From positions 1-64,000 of the forward strand of contig CBDCAM010000001.1 of the NCBI GenBank assembly GCA_965213925.1: a stretch of 64,000 bases of DNA. The letters are read 5' to 3'. Below, piece after piece: positions 8,930 to 17,646 of this stretch. A program made the translations under genes and the position numbers. Numbering within the stretch: the first letter of the stretch is position 1; each line of letters starts with the position of its first letter. This stretch comes from Trueperaceae bacterium (lineage in GTDB: Bacteria; Deinococcota; Deinococci; Deinococcales; Trueperaceae). The notes below the pieces were generated by a model that ran no database searches, was not told where the DNA came from, and saw only the letters and a list, made by a program, of their open reading frames with translations.

Positions 8930-10092
8930 CGAGCGCTCCCGCTGATGGTGTTCATGGCGCGTCCCATGCGCTCGAGCCCTTCACGTAGTTTGTCCTCAGG
9001 TTGTAAAAAGGTGATGCGGATAAAGTCGTCCATGCCTTCCGAGAATGCACCGCCGGGGTAGGCCAGCACGTGTTCGCGGGTGAGGATCTGGGTAGCAAGT
9101 TCGATGGAGCTCATACCGGTATGGCTAACGTCCACGAACACAAACTGTCCCCCCTGAGGCTGACCGTAGCGGAAACCCATCTGATCGAGGGCACTCTTGA
9201 CGAGATCGCGACGACGGACGTAAGCCGCCCGCATAGCTTCCAGCGGTTCCTCCGGGCCCGTCAGAGCGGCCAAGGCTGCGTACTGTGCGACGATCGAGGC
9301 TGGGCCGCTCAGGCCGGCTTTGAGCCTTCTGACCCGCTCCATAAGTGTGGCAGGCCCGACCACCCAACCGGTCCGCCAGCCTGTCATAGCGTATGTCTTT
9401 GAGAGGGCGTTGAGCGTCAACGTGCGCTCTTTGCCGCCTGGGAGCGAGGCAACGCTGGTGTGGCGAACGTCGTCGTAGGTCAACAAGTCGTAGATGTCGT
9501 CTGCTAGGACGATGAGGTCGTGTTCCTTCGCGAGGTCCAGAATTGCTTGCAGGTCGTGCTTGGAAATAACGCTAGCGGCAGGGTTGTTTGGCGAAACCAG
9601 CAGCAGCGCGCGCGTGTCGGGTGTGAGATGCGTTATTAGACGCTCAGGGTCTACACGGAAAGCCTCGTGAGCGTGGGTAGGCATACCGATGACCCGTCCA
9701 CGCGCGAAGCGCACCGCGTCCTTGTAGGTGTTGTAGTTGGGCTCGGGTACAAGCAGCGCCTCGCCCTCTCCGACGGCAGCGAGCACCATGAGAAACAGCG
9801 CTTCTTGACCGCCGTTGGTAAACACCACCTCGGTCTCGGGATCTACCTCGATACCGTTGACGTCGTGGACCCTGCGGGCGATGGCTTCCCGCAAGGGGAG
9901 GATACCTTCAGGAGGCGAAGCCCCCGCCAGGTGTTCGCGCAGCGCGGTCTGCGCCGCATCAATCACATGCGCAGGGGTGTCGAAGTCGGGGTCGCCACGG
10001 CCCAAGACGATGGCGTCGTCATACTGACGGGCCTGCGCGATGAGGCCGTAGAGGACGTCTGTGCCGCGCTTCTGTGACTTCGCAGGACTCAC
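8926..10092 (-). CDS. PLP-dependent aminotransferase class I/II
   Basis: GDPDF, PNNP, DDIY and SKTYAMTGWRTG (PLP lysine) motifs; C-terminal RI. Confidence 0.92.
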   Translation of the reverse strand: MSPAKSQKRGTDVLYGLIAQARQYDDAIVLGRGDPDFDTPAHVIDAAQTALREHLAGASPPEGILPLREAIARRVHDVNGIEVDPETEVVFTNGGQEALFLMVLAAVGEGEALLVPEPNYNTYKDAVRFARGRVIGMPTHAHEAFRVDPERLITHLTPDTRALLLVSPNNPAASVISKHDLQAILDLAKEHDLIVLADDIYDLLTYDDVRHTSVASLPGGKERTLTLNALSKTYAMTGWRTGWVVGPATLMERVRRLKAGLSGPASIVAQYAALAALTGPEEPLEAMRAAYVRRRDLVKSALDQMGFRYGQPQGGQFVFVDVSHTGMSSIELATQILTREHVLAYPGGAFSEGMDDFIRITFLQPEDKLREGLERMGRAMNTISGSAR

Positions 10093-11120
10093 GAGGCACC
10101 CCCAAGTGCTTCGAGCAACGTGAAGTCCGTACGATCGTCTATCGCAAGCCGCGCCAAGTCGGGGCGGCCAAAGGCGGCACCGCTCATTCCCTCGACTCTG
10201 GCCGCACCCACCGATGCCAACGCCGCCTCCGGAACGGCGAGAAGATTGGCACCGCCTTTGGGAAGCGCGTGACCGCGCGCTACGAACGCACTGACAAGAC
10301 GCCGACGGAGCGCTGCTAGCCGCTCCCGCCGCTCCGCGGCTCGCTCGGCATATCCGTCGGCGACAGCGAGCGCGGCGAGTTGCGAGGGCGTACTGGTGCA
10401 GATCGACATGATCTGTTTGAGTTTGGTCGTCAAAGCGACCGTGTCGGTAGGTCCGGCGAGATAGCCAACCTGCAACCCCTCGAGACCCTCTCCCGGAAAA
10501 AGTTCGCCGAACACGGTAGTTGCGGCGTTCCCTGCAATATCAAGCATACTCGTATGACCAACAGACCAAGGTGCGAGCCCCTGATCTACGACTGCCGTGG
10601 CCTCAACACGCGCGAGCTCGCGCGAGATATGGGTCAACTCTTCAGGCGCGTAGCAGCACCCGCTCAAGCGGGAAGGGTTCTCCAAGTAGATCAGGCGTGC
10701 ACCGTCGTCGAGCGCGATGCGGACGTGTGCAGCGCTGGGTAAGAGGGTGTCATCGTCTACGTGGAGCGGGACCGTGTCGATGGGACGGATGGCGAGCGCA
10801 GCCGCGACACCTGGGTGGCGCACAACCGGAATGGCGACCGGGGCGCTGCGCTCGCCGAGAACCTGCAGTGCCAGCGCCCGCGCCTCCTGAACCCCAGCCG
10901 TGATCATGATGTTTTCACGAGATATTTCCCCGCCCAAGGTAGCTATAACCGCATCACGTAACGCCGAGATTCCAGGAACGTCGACGTAATGGGTTTGCCC
11001 GTTTTGTAACCCCGTGACCACGTTGTCGATATTAGAAGCGTCCAGTACATCCGTCGGTTGGTCAGGCCGGAAGTCGTGCGTATGGTGACGCGTCAGGGGC
11101 GGAAGGGTGTTGGACAACAT
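10089..11120 (-). CDS. Aminotransferase class I/II-like protein lacking the PLP lysine
   Basis: THYVDVPGISALR, ITAGVQEA and ENPSRLSG match the fold; ELFPGEGLEGLQVGY replaces SKxxxMTGWRxG. Confidence 0.75.
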   Translation of the reverse strand: MLSNTLPPLTRHHTHDFRPDQPTDVLDASNIDNVVTGLQNGQTHYVDVPGISALRDAVIATLGGEISRENIMITAGVQEARALALQVLGERSAPVAIPVVRHPGVAAALAIRPIDTVPLHVDDDTLLPSAAHVRIALDDGARLIYLENPSRLSGCCYAPEELTHISRELARVEATAVVDQGLAPWSVGHTSMLDIAGNAATTVFGELFPGEGLEGLQVGYLAGPTDTVALTTKLKQIMSICTSTPSQLAALAVADGYAERAAERRERLAALRRRLVSAFVARGHALPKGGANLLAVPEAALASVGAARVEGMSGAAFGRPDLARLAIDDRTDFTLLEALGGAS

Positions 11121-11183
11121 ATATCTCCATTCTGTCCGCAGCGATCTGCAAACGAAAGCCGGAAAAAAGAGAAGGCCGTTTTG

Positions 11184-12083
11184 TTAATGACCTCTTAGTC
11201 GGGGGTCGAGAAGGTCACGTAGCCAATCACCGAGGAACACCACGCCGAGTACCGTAATGGTGATAGCTAAACCAGGAAAGGTGGTCATCCACCAGGCACT
11301 GCTGATGTACTCGCGGCCGTCGGCCAACATGATGCCCCAGGTTATAGTAGGTGGTTGCACACCCAGTCCGAGAAACGAGAGCGACGCTTCAGCCAACATG
11401 GTGGTGGCTACCATCGTGGTGGCTAGAACGATAATGGACGAAGTGACATTGGGCAGGATGTGACGTACCATGATCATCGGTCGCGTTTGCCCTAGCGCGC
11501 GCGCCGCAGTGACATAGTCGAGCCCTTTGGTACTCAGTACCTCAGCGCGCGTCACCCGGGCGTAACTCACCCAACTGGTGACACCCAAGATGACGATCAG
11601 CGTGACGAGACCTGCACCGACCACCCCGGCCACCGCGACGACGAGCACGATAAAGGGGATAGATAGAAAAGCGTCGGCAACGCGCATCAAGACGTCGTCG
11701 AATGCACCGCCCACAAAACCGGAGACGAGACCGTAAATTACCCCGATCGACCCTGCGATGACCACCGACAGCACCCCGACCACGACCGACACCCGCGTTC
11801 CGGCGATGATGCGGCTCAAAACGTCGCGTCCGAGCTGATCCGTGCCGAGTAGATAAACGCCCTCACCGGCAGCGAAGCCGGGTGGCTTGAAGCGAGCACG
11901 CAGGTTGTGGGCGGCAGGGTCAAACGGGGATAACAGGGGGCCGAACACAGCCAAGATGAGCACTACCCCTACGATAATCATCCCGACCTGTCCCACACGA
12001 CTACTACTCAGGGAGCGCCACACCTGCTGTGAACTACGCCCAAACCTTGGCGGCGGTGCCGGTACCGCAGTAGTGCGGTTCAA
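11184..12083 (-). CDS. Peptide/nickel ABC permease (DppC/OppC-like)
   Basis: LGTDQLGRD, RHILPN and EASLSFLGLG motifs; TTG start overlaps the upstream TGA. Confidence 0.9.
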   Translation of the reverse strand: MNRTTAVPAPPPRFGRSSQQVWRSLSSSRVGQVGMIIVGVVLILAVFGPLLSPFDPAAHNLRARFKPPGFAAGEGVYLLGTDQLGRDVLSRIIAGTRVSVVVGVLSVVIAGSIGVIYGLVSGFVGGAFDDVLMRVADAFLSIPFIVLVVAVAGVVGAGLVTLIVILGVTSWVSYARVTRAEVLSTKGLDYVTAARALGQTRPMIMVRHILPNVTSSIIVLATTMVATTMLAEASLSFLGLGVQPPTITWGIMLADGREYISSAWWMTTFPGLAITITVLGVVFLGDWLRDLLDPRLRGH

Positions 12084-13006
12084 GAGGCTCCCCCCAAGTG
12101 GATGCGCGGGTCGATGAGGGTATAGACGATGTCGATAATTAGATTGATAAGGATGAAGGTGAGAGCGAACCAGAACAGGGCTGCCTGCACGACAGTGATG
12201 TCGCGCACGTTGATTGCCTCGATCATCAGGCGGCCGATGCCCGGCCAAGCGAACACGGATTCCACCACCACCGCGCCGCCAAGCAGCCACCCGAGCTGTA
12301 ACCCGAACGCGGTAACGACCGGAATTAACGAATTACGCAAGGCGTGTTTGAAAATGACCATGCGCGGAGGTAATCCTTTGCTGGTAGCGGTGCGTATGTA
12401 GTCTTGCCCCAACACCTCTAACATTGCAGAGCGCGTGAGGCGCGACAGGCGCGCAGCTATGCCGACACCGAGTGTGACAGCCGGCATGATGATGGCCGTG
12501 GGCTCGAGCGCCCCGAACGCCGGTAGGACACGGAGATTCACTGAGAAGATGAGGATTAACATTAGACCCAGCCAGAAGTTGGGCATAGCCGTGCCGAGGG
12601 TGGCTAATGACGTGGCGAGGAGGTCTGTCCAGGTGTTTCGATGCAGGGCTGACAATACACCCAAAGGCACGGCGACGAGCAGTCCGATGGCTGCGGCAAC
12701 TCCGGCCAACCGGAAAGTGTTGAGCAGGCGCTCCAAAACCAACTCCATCGCCGGAACGCCTGCCTGTATAGAGAGCCCGAAGTCTCCCCGAAGAGCTTTG
12801 CTCAAAAAAATCCAATATTGTTCCAACAGCGGTTGGTCAAAGCCCCAGGCGCGGCGCAGATTCTCGACTTGCTCGGCAGAGAAGGTGGGTGGTGCCATGA
12901 CCGAGATCGGGTCCCCCTTAAGACGCACAAGAAAGAAAACGATCAACGACACCACAAAGATGGTGAGGAGCATCTGGGCGAGGCGGCTGAGAATGAAAGT
13001 TTGCAT
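12080..13006 (-). CDS. Peptide/nickel ABC permease (DppB/OppB-like)
   Basis: GDFGLS, DYIRTA.SKGL, HALRN and ESVFAWPGIG motifs; ATG 13006 with GGAGG RBS. Confidence 0.92.
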   Translation of the reverse strand: MQTFILSRLAQMLLTIFVVSLIVFFLVRLKGDPISVMAPPTFSAEQVENLRRAWGFDQPLLEQYWIFLSKALRGDFGLSIQAGVPAMELVLERLLNTFRLAGVAAAIGLLVAVPLGVLSALHRNTWTDLLATSLATLGTAMPNFWLGLMLILIFSVNLRVLPAFGALEPTAIIMPAVTLGVGIAARLSRLTRSAMLEVLGQDYIRTATSKGLPPRMVIFKHALRNSLIPVVTAFGLQLGWLLGGAVVVESVFAWPGIGRLMIEAINVRDITVVQAALFWFALTFILINLIIDIVYTLIDPRIHLGGAS

Positions 13007-13021
13007 AGCCCTCCGGGTAGG

Positions 13022-13050
13022 GTGCTGCGTATCCTTTAGATACGCAGCAC
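13022..13050. other. 12-bp stem-loop 3' of the binding-protein gene
   Basis: GTGCTGCGTATC-cttta-GATACGCAGCAC perfect inverted repeat; no U-tract. Confidence 0.75.
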
Positions 13051-13062
13051 GGGGGCGTAGGT

Positions 13063-14622
13063 TTAATCGGCGAGGGTGAGATCGCGGAAGGTAAACCAGC
13101 CGTCTGCGCGCGGTGCCCACTCAAAGCGGTTGTTGATAGCCATGACGTCGTACAGTTCCATCACCGAGATGGTCTGGGCGTAGTCGAGGTAGATCGCTTG
13201 CCAACGCTCCCATAAGTCCAAGCGTTCGGCTTCATCCACCGTGACTAAGATTTCGTTGCCGATCTGGTCCCACTCGTCTTCACATACCGTGTAGGTGGAC
13301 TGAATCCAATCGCATGTGTAGAACTTGGAGGTCAGCGACGGCGATCCGCCAAGTACAGCCATAAGCATTTCGCGGTTGTTGCCGGAATTCTGAATCTGCT
13401 CACTGAAAGCTGACGCGTCGAGCACGTTGAGCTCTACATCGAAGCCGACCTCTTCGAGCATGACAGCCATGACTTCAGCTACCTCCTTTTCGTTGCCGAA
13501 CTGAAAAGCGGGCGCGTCAAGGTGGATGACGGGGCGATTGCCGACGTCGGGGTCATACCCCGCGGCACGGATCAGTTCCGCGGCCAGCTCGGGGTCATAC
13601 CAGTCGGCTACAGCGGCTTCGCTGGCGTAGCGGTCGGCGAACGCTTCGGGGTGCTGAGAGTTAACGCGCACCAACGTAGGGTCGGCGGACCCCTGAACTT
13701 CGGCGAGGAGTTCACGGTCTATGGCGTGGCTGATCGCCTGGCGGATATTCTGATCGAGTGTGGTCGGCACGAAGTCTGGATAGGTATCCGCAACTTGGCC
13801 GGTTTCTGTCTCCACCCTCAGATAGAAGTTCATCACCCGTGAAGGGTAACCCTCTATAAGCTGAATGCCGGGAGTGCTCTCCAGTCGGGGGCGATCGGGC
13901 AGTGAAACCGAGGGTATCATGTCTACCTGACCCGCGAGCAGCGCAGCTATCTGGCTCGAGCGCTCGGGGATCACCTGATAAACTACACGGTCCACCTCGG
14001 GACGCCCGCCGTGGTAGTCGTCCCAGGCCTCGAACACGTAGCGGTCGCTCTCGGTGAATTCGACCAGACGGTAGGGACCGGAGCCGGCAGGCTCACGGGC
14101 GAACGTTTCCTCTCCCACCTCTTCTATATATCCCGGCGGAAGCAGTTCGCAGCCGTTGTAACTGATGTCTGCCAGAGTGTAGGCGTGAGGGCCGTCCGTG
14201 ATTACGTCTACCGTAATGTCGTCCACCACCCGCACCTCACTCACGAACTGCCACTGAGGCTGAACCATAAAGTCCTCGCGGGTGCGAACGCGGTCGATAT
14301 TCCACTTCACGGCTTCGGCGTCGAGAGGTTCTCCGTTGTGAAAGGTCATGCCGGGGCGGAGGTTGAAGCGCCAGGTGACGTCATCGAGTTGCTCCCAGCT
14401 TTCTGCGGCTTGTCCATAGTAACCGGAGCCGTCCGCCTTTTTCCATACAAGGCAGTCGTATAGCAAGTTGGTGAGCCAGTGAGTGGAACCGAACCAAGTT
14501 ACAGGTGCGTCCATCGTCCGGATAGGACCGGGATGAGCGAAAGTAAAGGTCACCGGCTCTTGCTGCGCTGTACCCCAAGTAAGGATCGTCAGGGCAAGTA
14601 GTATTGAGACAACTCGCTTCAT
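13063..14622 (-). CDS. ABC substrate-binding protein, family 5
   Basis: Signal peptide MKRVVSILLAL...; LRPGMTFHNGEP and GSGPY motifs; AAGGAGA RBS. Confidence 0.92.
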   Translation of the reverse strand: MKRVVSILLALTILTWGTAQQEPVTFTFAHPGPIRTMDAPVTWFGSTHWLTNLLYDCLVWKKADGSGYYGQAAESWEQLDDVTWRFNLRPGMTFHNGEPLDAEAVKWNIDRVRTREDFMVQPQWQFVSEVRVVDDITVDVITDGPHAYTLADISYNGCELLPPGYIEEVGEETFAREPAGSGPYRLVEFTESDRYVFEAWDDYHGGRPEVDRVVYQVIPERSSQIAALLAGQVDMIPSVSLPDRPRLESTPGIQLIEGYPSRVMNFYLRVETETGQVADTYPDFVPTTLDQNIRQAISHAIDRELLAEVQGSADPTLVRVNSQHPEAFADRYASEAAVADWYDPELAAELIRAAGYDPDVGNRPVIHLDAPAFQFGNEKEVAEVMAVMLEEVGFDVELNVLDASAFSEQIQNSGNNREMLMAVLGGSPSLTSKFYTCDWIQSTYTVCEDEWDQIGNEILVTVDEAERLDLWERWQAIYLDYAQTISVMELYDVMAINNRFEWAPRADGWFTFRDLTLAD

Positions 14623-14698
14623 TATGTATCTCCTTTTGATGCTATGAGAGAGCGGAAGGGTAGAGCAGCGGTTTAGAACGAAGAACATTGACCGTACG

Positions 14699-15415
14699 TT
14701 ACGTGGCTCCCACCTCCATATACTCGGACGTGCTACTTGCTTTGAGCAGCTCGAGATTATCTATCACTCGGCGAATATGCTCGCGGGCTGCTTCCTCCGT
14801 ATAGTCGCTGTCACGGGCGCGCAGACCATCGAGTATGGCCTCGTGCTCGGTAAGCACGTCTTCGCGAGATCGCTGTACCTGCGTTGCTCGACCCGAAATT
14901 TCTAAGCGCGCAATACTCGAACGGCGGTAAAGTGCAAGCAACTCAGCGGCGATATTTGAGAAGCGAATAAGGTGCGTATTGTGCGACAGTGCGTAAATTT
15001 TCTCATGAAAACGCAAGTCTGCCACCCACAGGGTCATGGCTTTTTCCTCTTTGTCGGCTTCACGCCACACCTTCAAATACTCCTCAAGTTCACACACATC
15101 GGCATCTGTGATGTGCTCGGCGGCAAGCCGACTGGCGAGGGTGTCAAACGCTAAACGGCACTGATAGAGGTCGATCACGCTCTTTAGCGACAGTTGGGCA
15201 ACATAAAACCTGCCACTTTGATACTCGAGTAACCCACGCTCGCGGAGCATGATGAAAGCGTTGCTGACGGGCGTACGACTAACATTGAGGTTGCTGGCGA
15301 CCTCGGACTCCACGAGAAGTGAGCCTGGTCGATAGTCGCCGCTCACAATCTTCTCTTTCAGTAGTTCGTAAATCTGCTCCCCTAGGGTAGGCCCCTTAGA
15401 AACAACGGTATGCAT
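14699..15415 (-). CDS. GntR-family (FCD domain) transcriptional regulator
   Basis: wHTH VSRTPV, DLRFH...SHN and EHEAIL...EH motifs; AAGGAGA RBS. Confidence 0.92.
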   Translation of the reverse strand: MHTVVSKGPTLGEQIYELLKEKIVSGDYRPGSLLVESEVASNLNVSRTPVSNAFIMLRERGLLEYQSGRFYVAQLSLKSVIDLYQCRLAFDTLASRLAAEHITDADVCELEEYLKVWREADKEEKAMTLWVADLRFHEKIYALSHNTHLIRFSNIAAELLALYRRSSIARLEISGRATQVQRSREDVLTEHEAILDGLRARDSDYTEEAAREHIRRVIDNLELLKASSTSEYMEVGAT

Positions 15416-15442
15416 CTATCTCCTTATTTCAGAGTTTAATCA

Positions 15443-15466
15443 TTACATGCTGCATGCAGAATACAA
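15443..15466. promoter_or_regulatory. Candidate GntR operator
   Basis: Minus strand TTGTATTCTGCATGCAGCATGTAA: palindrome CTGCATGCAG plus heptad repeats, lying between the promoter and the gntR start. Confidence 0.55.
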
Positions 15467-15475
15467 CGTTTTGAA

Positions 15476-15504
15476 AGTTTATTCGGTTTTTTGAATATTG
15501 TCAA
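15476..15504 (-). promoter_or_regulatory. sigma70-type promoter of the gntR operon
   Basis: TTGACA (15504-15499), 17-bp spacer, TAAACT (15481-15476). Confidence 0.75.
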
Positions 15505-15667
15505 TAGCCAACTCGCTTACTTTTTTGTATTAACCTCGGATGCTAGGGGATAAGCAACCTTCTCGGACTCGCATCCGAGCACAATCATTGCCGTAAAGTT
15601 CGCCTAGCACGTAAATACCTAAGTTCTCTACATCTTTGAGCGAACGGCTTTGTCTGTATAACAGGGG

Positions 15668-15825
15668 TAGCTGCTAGGGCGAGGTGTGAACCAGGCGTTG
15701 TCTGCCTCTAATGGCTTGAATGTGAGATTTCCCCTCGCCCTTAAGCAGCAAAAAGCGACTCGTTGCTTGATACCAGGCTGCTGACCTAGCTCAATCTGTT
15801 ACAGACGTGCACGAGTCGCTTCACA
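15668..15825 (+). ncRNA. IS110 bridge RNA (target-binding and donor-binding loops); ends approximate
   Basis: Stem 15670-15684/15733-15749 encloses GGCGTTGTC and AATGTGA; stem 15753-15763/15811-15821 encloses ATACCAGGCT and TACAGA; these match the target and donor junctions. Confidence 0.85.
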
Positions 15826-15844
15826 CCACCTTGGGAGGTCGTGC

Positions 15845-16804
15845 ATGTCCAGTATACAGAGGCTCATTACTATCGGTGTTGACCCGCATCCCACCACACA
15901 TACCGCTGCTGCGCTTGACGAGACCGGCAAAGTTTTGGAAAGTCTGACAGTCAGCCACAGCAGCAAAGGACTACAGAAGCTCGAAACGTGGGCGCAGGGT
16001 TTTGAGAAGCGGCGCTGGGCAGTTGAAGGTATCGGCAACGCCTATATCTACCCCTTCGTGGTGTCGTTACTCGGGGAGGGTGAAAAGGTCTTTGCTATCT
16101 CGCCTAATTTGACGAGCCAGTACCGAGCTAGGGGCAACCAGATGAAGAGCGATGAAGTGGATGCGGCTAACGCGGCCCGCGCCCTGCTTGCTAATCCCAC
16201 GCTCGGACCCTACCAACCTTCAGCGCCTCAGAAACAGGCTCAAGAGCTGACCCGGCACTATCAGCGGCTCAGAACCCAACTCAAGGCGAACGAGATGGCG
16301 ATGAAAGAGGTGGACGCAAGCATCAAAGCTCCGCTGCAGAGCGCCATCACGGGCTTGAAACAGGCTCTGGCTACTTTGGAAAAGCAGATGAAGGCTCTTG
16401 CTAAGAAATACGCTGCCCCGCTACTGGCCGAGCGGGGTGTCGGTCCTGTGGTGGCTTCGCTCCTGCTGGCCGAGGCGGGCTCGCCCGAGCGCTTCTCTTC
16501 TCAAGATGCCTTTGCCCTTTACGCGGGTTGCGCTCCCTTATCTAGGAGTTCCGGCAGAACAGCCAGAGTGCAGGTGAACTACAAAGGCAACAGAAGGCTC
16601 AACTACGCTGTTCACGTCGTTGCCTTAAATCGCATGCGGACCGACCAAAGAACTAAGGCCTTTCTAGCGCGTAAGAAAAACGAAGGGAAAACCCAGCGTG
16701 AGGCGATGCGCTGTCTCAAGACTTACATCGCTCGTGAACTTTTCGGGAAACTCAAGCAACTCAATCTACCACCGCTCGTCGCTCTTTATCCTGACGGGGC
16801 TTGA
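15845..16804 (+). CDS. IS110-family DEDD recombinase/transposase
   Basis: IGVD, AVE, KSDEVDA, GVGP, YAGCAP...SSG and GNRRL motifs; GGAGG RBS. Confidence 0.95.
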   Translation: MSSIQRLITIGVDPHPTTHTAAALDETGKVLESLTVSHSSKGLQKLETWAQGFEKRRWAVEGIGNAYIYPFVVSLLGEGEKVFAISPNLTSQYRARGNQMKSDEVDAANAARALLANPTLGPYQPSAPQKQAQELTRHYQRLRTQLKANEMAMKEVDASIKAPLQSAITGLKQALATLEKQMKALAKKYAAPLLAERGVGPVVASLLLAEAGSPERFSSQDAFALYAGCAPLSRSSGRTARVQVNYKGNRRLNYAVHVVALNRMRTDQRTKAFLARKKNEGKTQREAMRCLKTYIARELFGKLKQLNLPPLVALYPDGA

Positions 16805-16868
16805 CAAAGTTATACCAGGCTCACATTAACTCCGCGGTAGTTAGGGTGTCGTGTTAGGGTGGCCTCCC

Positions 16869-17570
16869 GTGAGTAGCGCCCTCTACAAACGCCACCGCTT
16901 CCCCGCTGAGATCATCAGCCACTGCGTCTGGCTCTACCACCGCTTCTGCCTTTCGTTCCGAGACGTTGAGGAACTGATGTTCGAGCGGGGCGTTGTGCTG
17001 AGTTATGAGACCGTCAGGCGCTGGTGTTTGAAGTTCGGGGGTGAGTACGCGGGAAGGCTCAAGCGCCGCAGGGCGCAGCCAGGAGACAAATGGCACGTCG
17101 ACGAGGTTTTCCTGAGCATCAACGGCGAATGGCGCTACTTGTGGCGGGCGGTCGACCAAGATGGCAACACCCTCGACATCCTGGTGACAAAGAGGCGCGA
17201 CAAGCGTGCGGCCAAGCGCTTCTTTCGCAAGCTGCTCCGGGCTCACGCTAAACCGAGGGTGGTTGTCACTGACAAACTACGCAGCTACGGGGCGGCGCTC
17301 AAAAAGCTGTTGCCCAACACCGAGCACCGCCAGAGCCGCTACCTCAACAACCGAGCCGAATGTTCGCACCAGCGGACCAGGCGACGAGAACGGGCGCTCC
17401 AGCGTTTCAAGTCCTCCGGCCACGCCCAACGCTTCCTGTCCGTGTTCGAACCCCTCAACACCCACTTCCGCCCGCCCCGCCACCTCCTCAAGGCCAGCCA
17501 CTATCGTCAGAAGATGCAGGAGTGCTTCTCGGCCTGGCGTGAAGTGACCGAGCAGCAGACAGGAGCCTGA
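16869..17570 (+). CDS. IS6-family transposase
   Basis: YKRHRFP, WHVDE, YLWRAVD, VTDKL and NNRAE motifs. Confidence 0.93.
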   Translation: MSSALYKRHRFPAEIISHCVWLYHRFCLSFRDVEELMFERGVVLSYETVRRWCLKFGGEYAGRLKRRRAQPGDKWHVDEVFLSINGEWRYLWRAVDQDGNTLDILVTKRRDKRAAKRFFRKLLRAHAKPRVVVTDKLRSYGAALKKLLPNTEHRQSRYLNNRAECSHQRTRRRERALQRFKSSGHAQRFLSVFEPLNTHFRPPRHLLKASHYRQKMQECFSAWREVTEQQTGA

Positions 17571-17646
17571 AAAGAGACCCTTTCAGTAGTCGGCGATGGA
17601 GCTTAGCGGTTGCTACAGCAAGTTAATGTGACAAAGCCCCTGCCCC

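Larger units (their letters stand above)
15655..16820 (+). mobile_element. IS110-family element flanked by a duplicated TC core
   Basis: TC at 15653-15654 and 16821-16822; ends defined by the interrupted IS6 IR; long left non-coding end, 16-bp right end. Confidence 0.9.
15646..17638 (+). mobile_element. IS6-family element whose left IR is split by an IS110 insertion
   Basis: GGCTTTGTC (15646-15654) plus ACATTAACT (16823-16831) rebuild an 18-bp perfect inverse of AGTTAATGTGACAAAGCC (17621-17638). Confidence 0.9.

Noticed and set aside
11145..11183. Possible terminator between the permease and the aminotransferase-like gene
   Set aside because: Weak, irregular stem with the T-run inside the loop; not convincing.
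15648..15649. CT as the IS110 core (as in IS621), using GGCT at both ends
   Set aside because: Only the TC register rebuilds the perfect IS6 IR and aligns all four guide segments.
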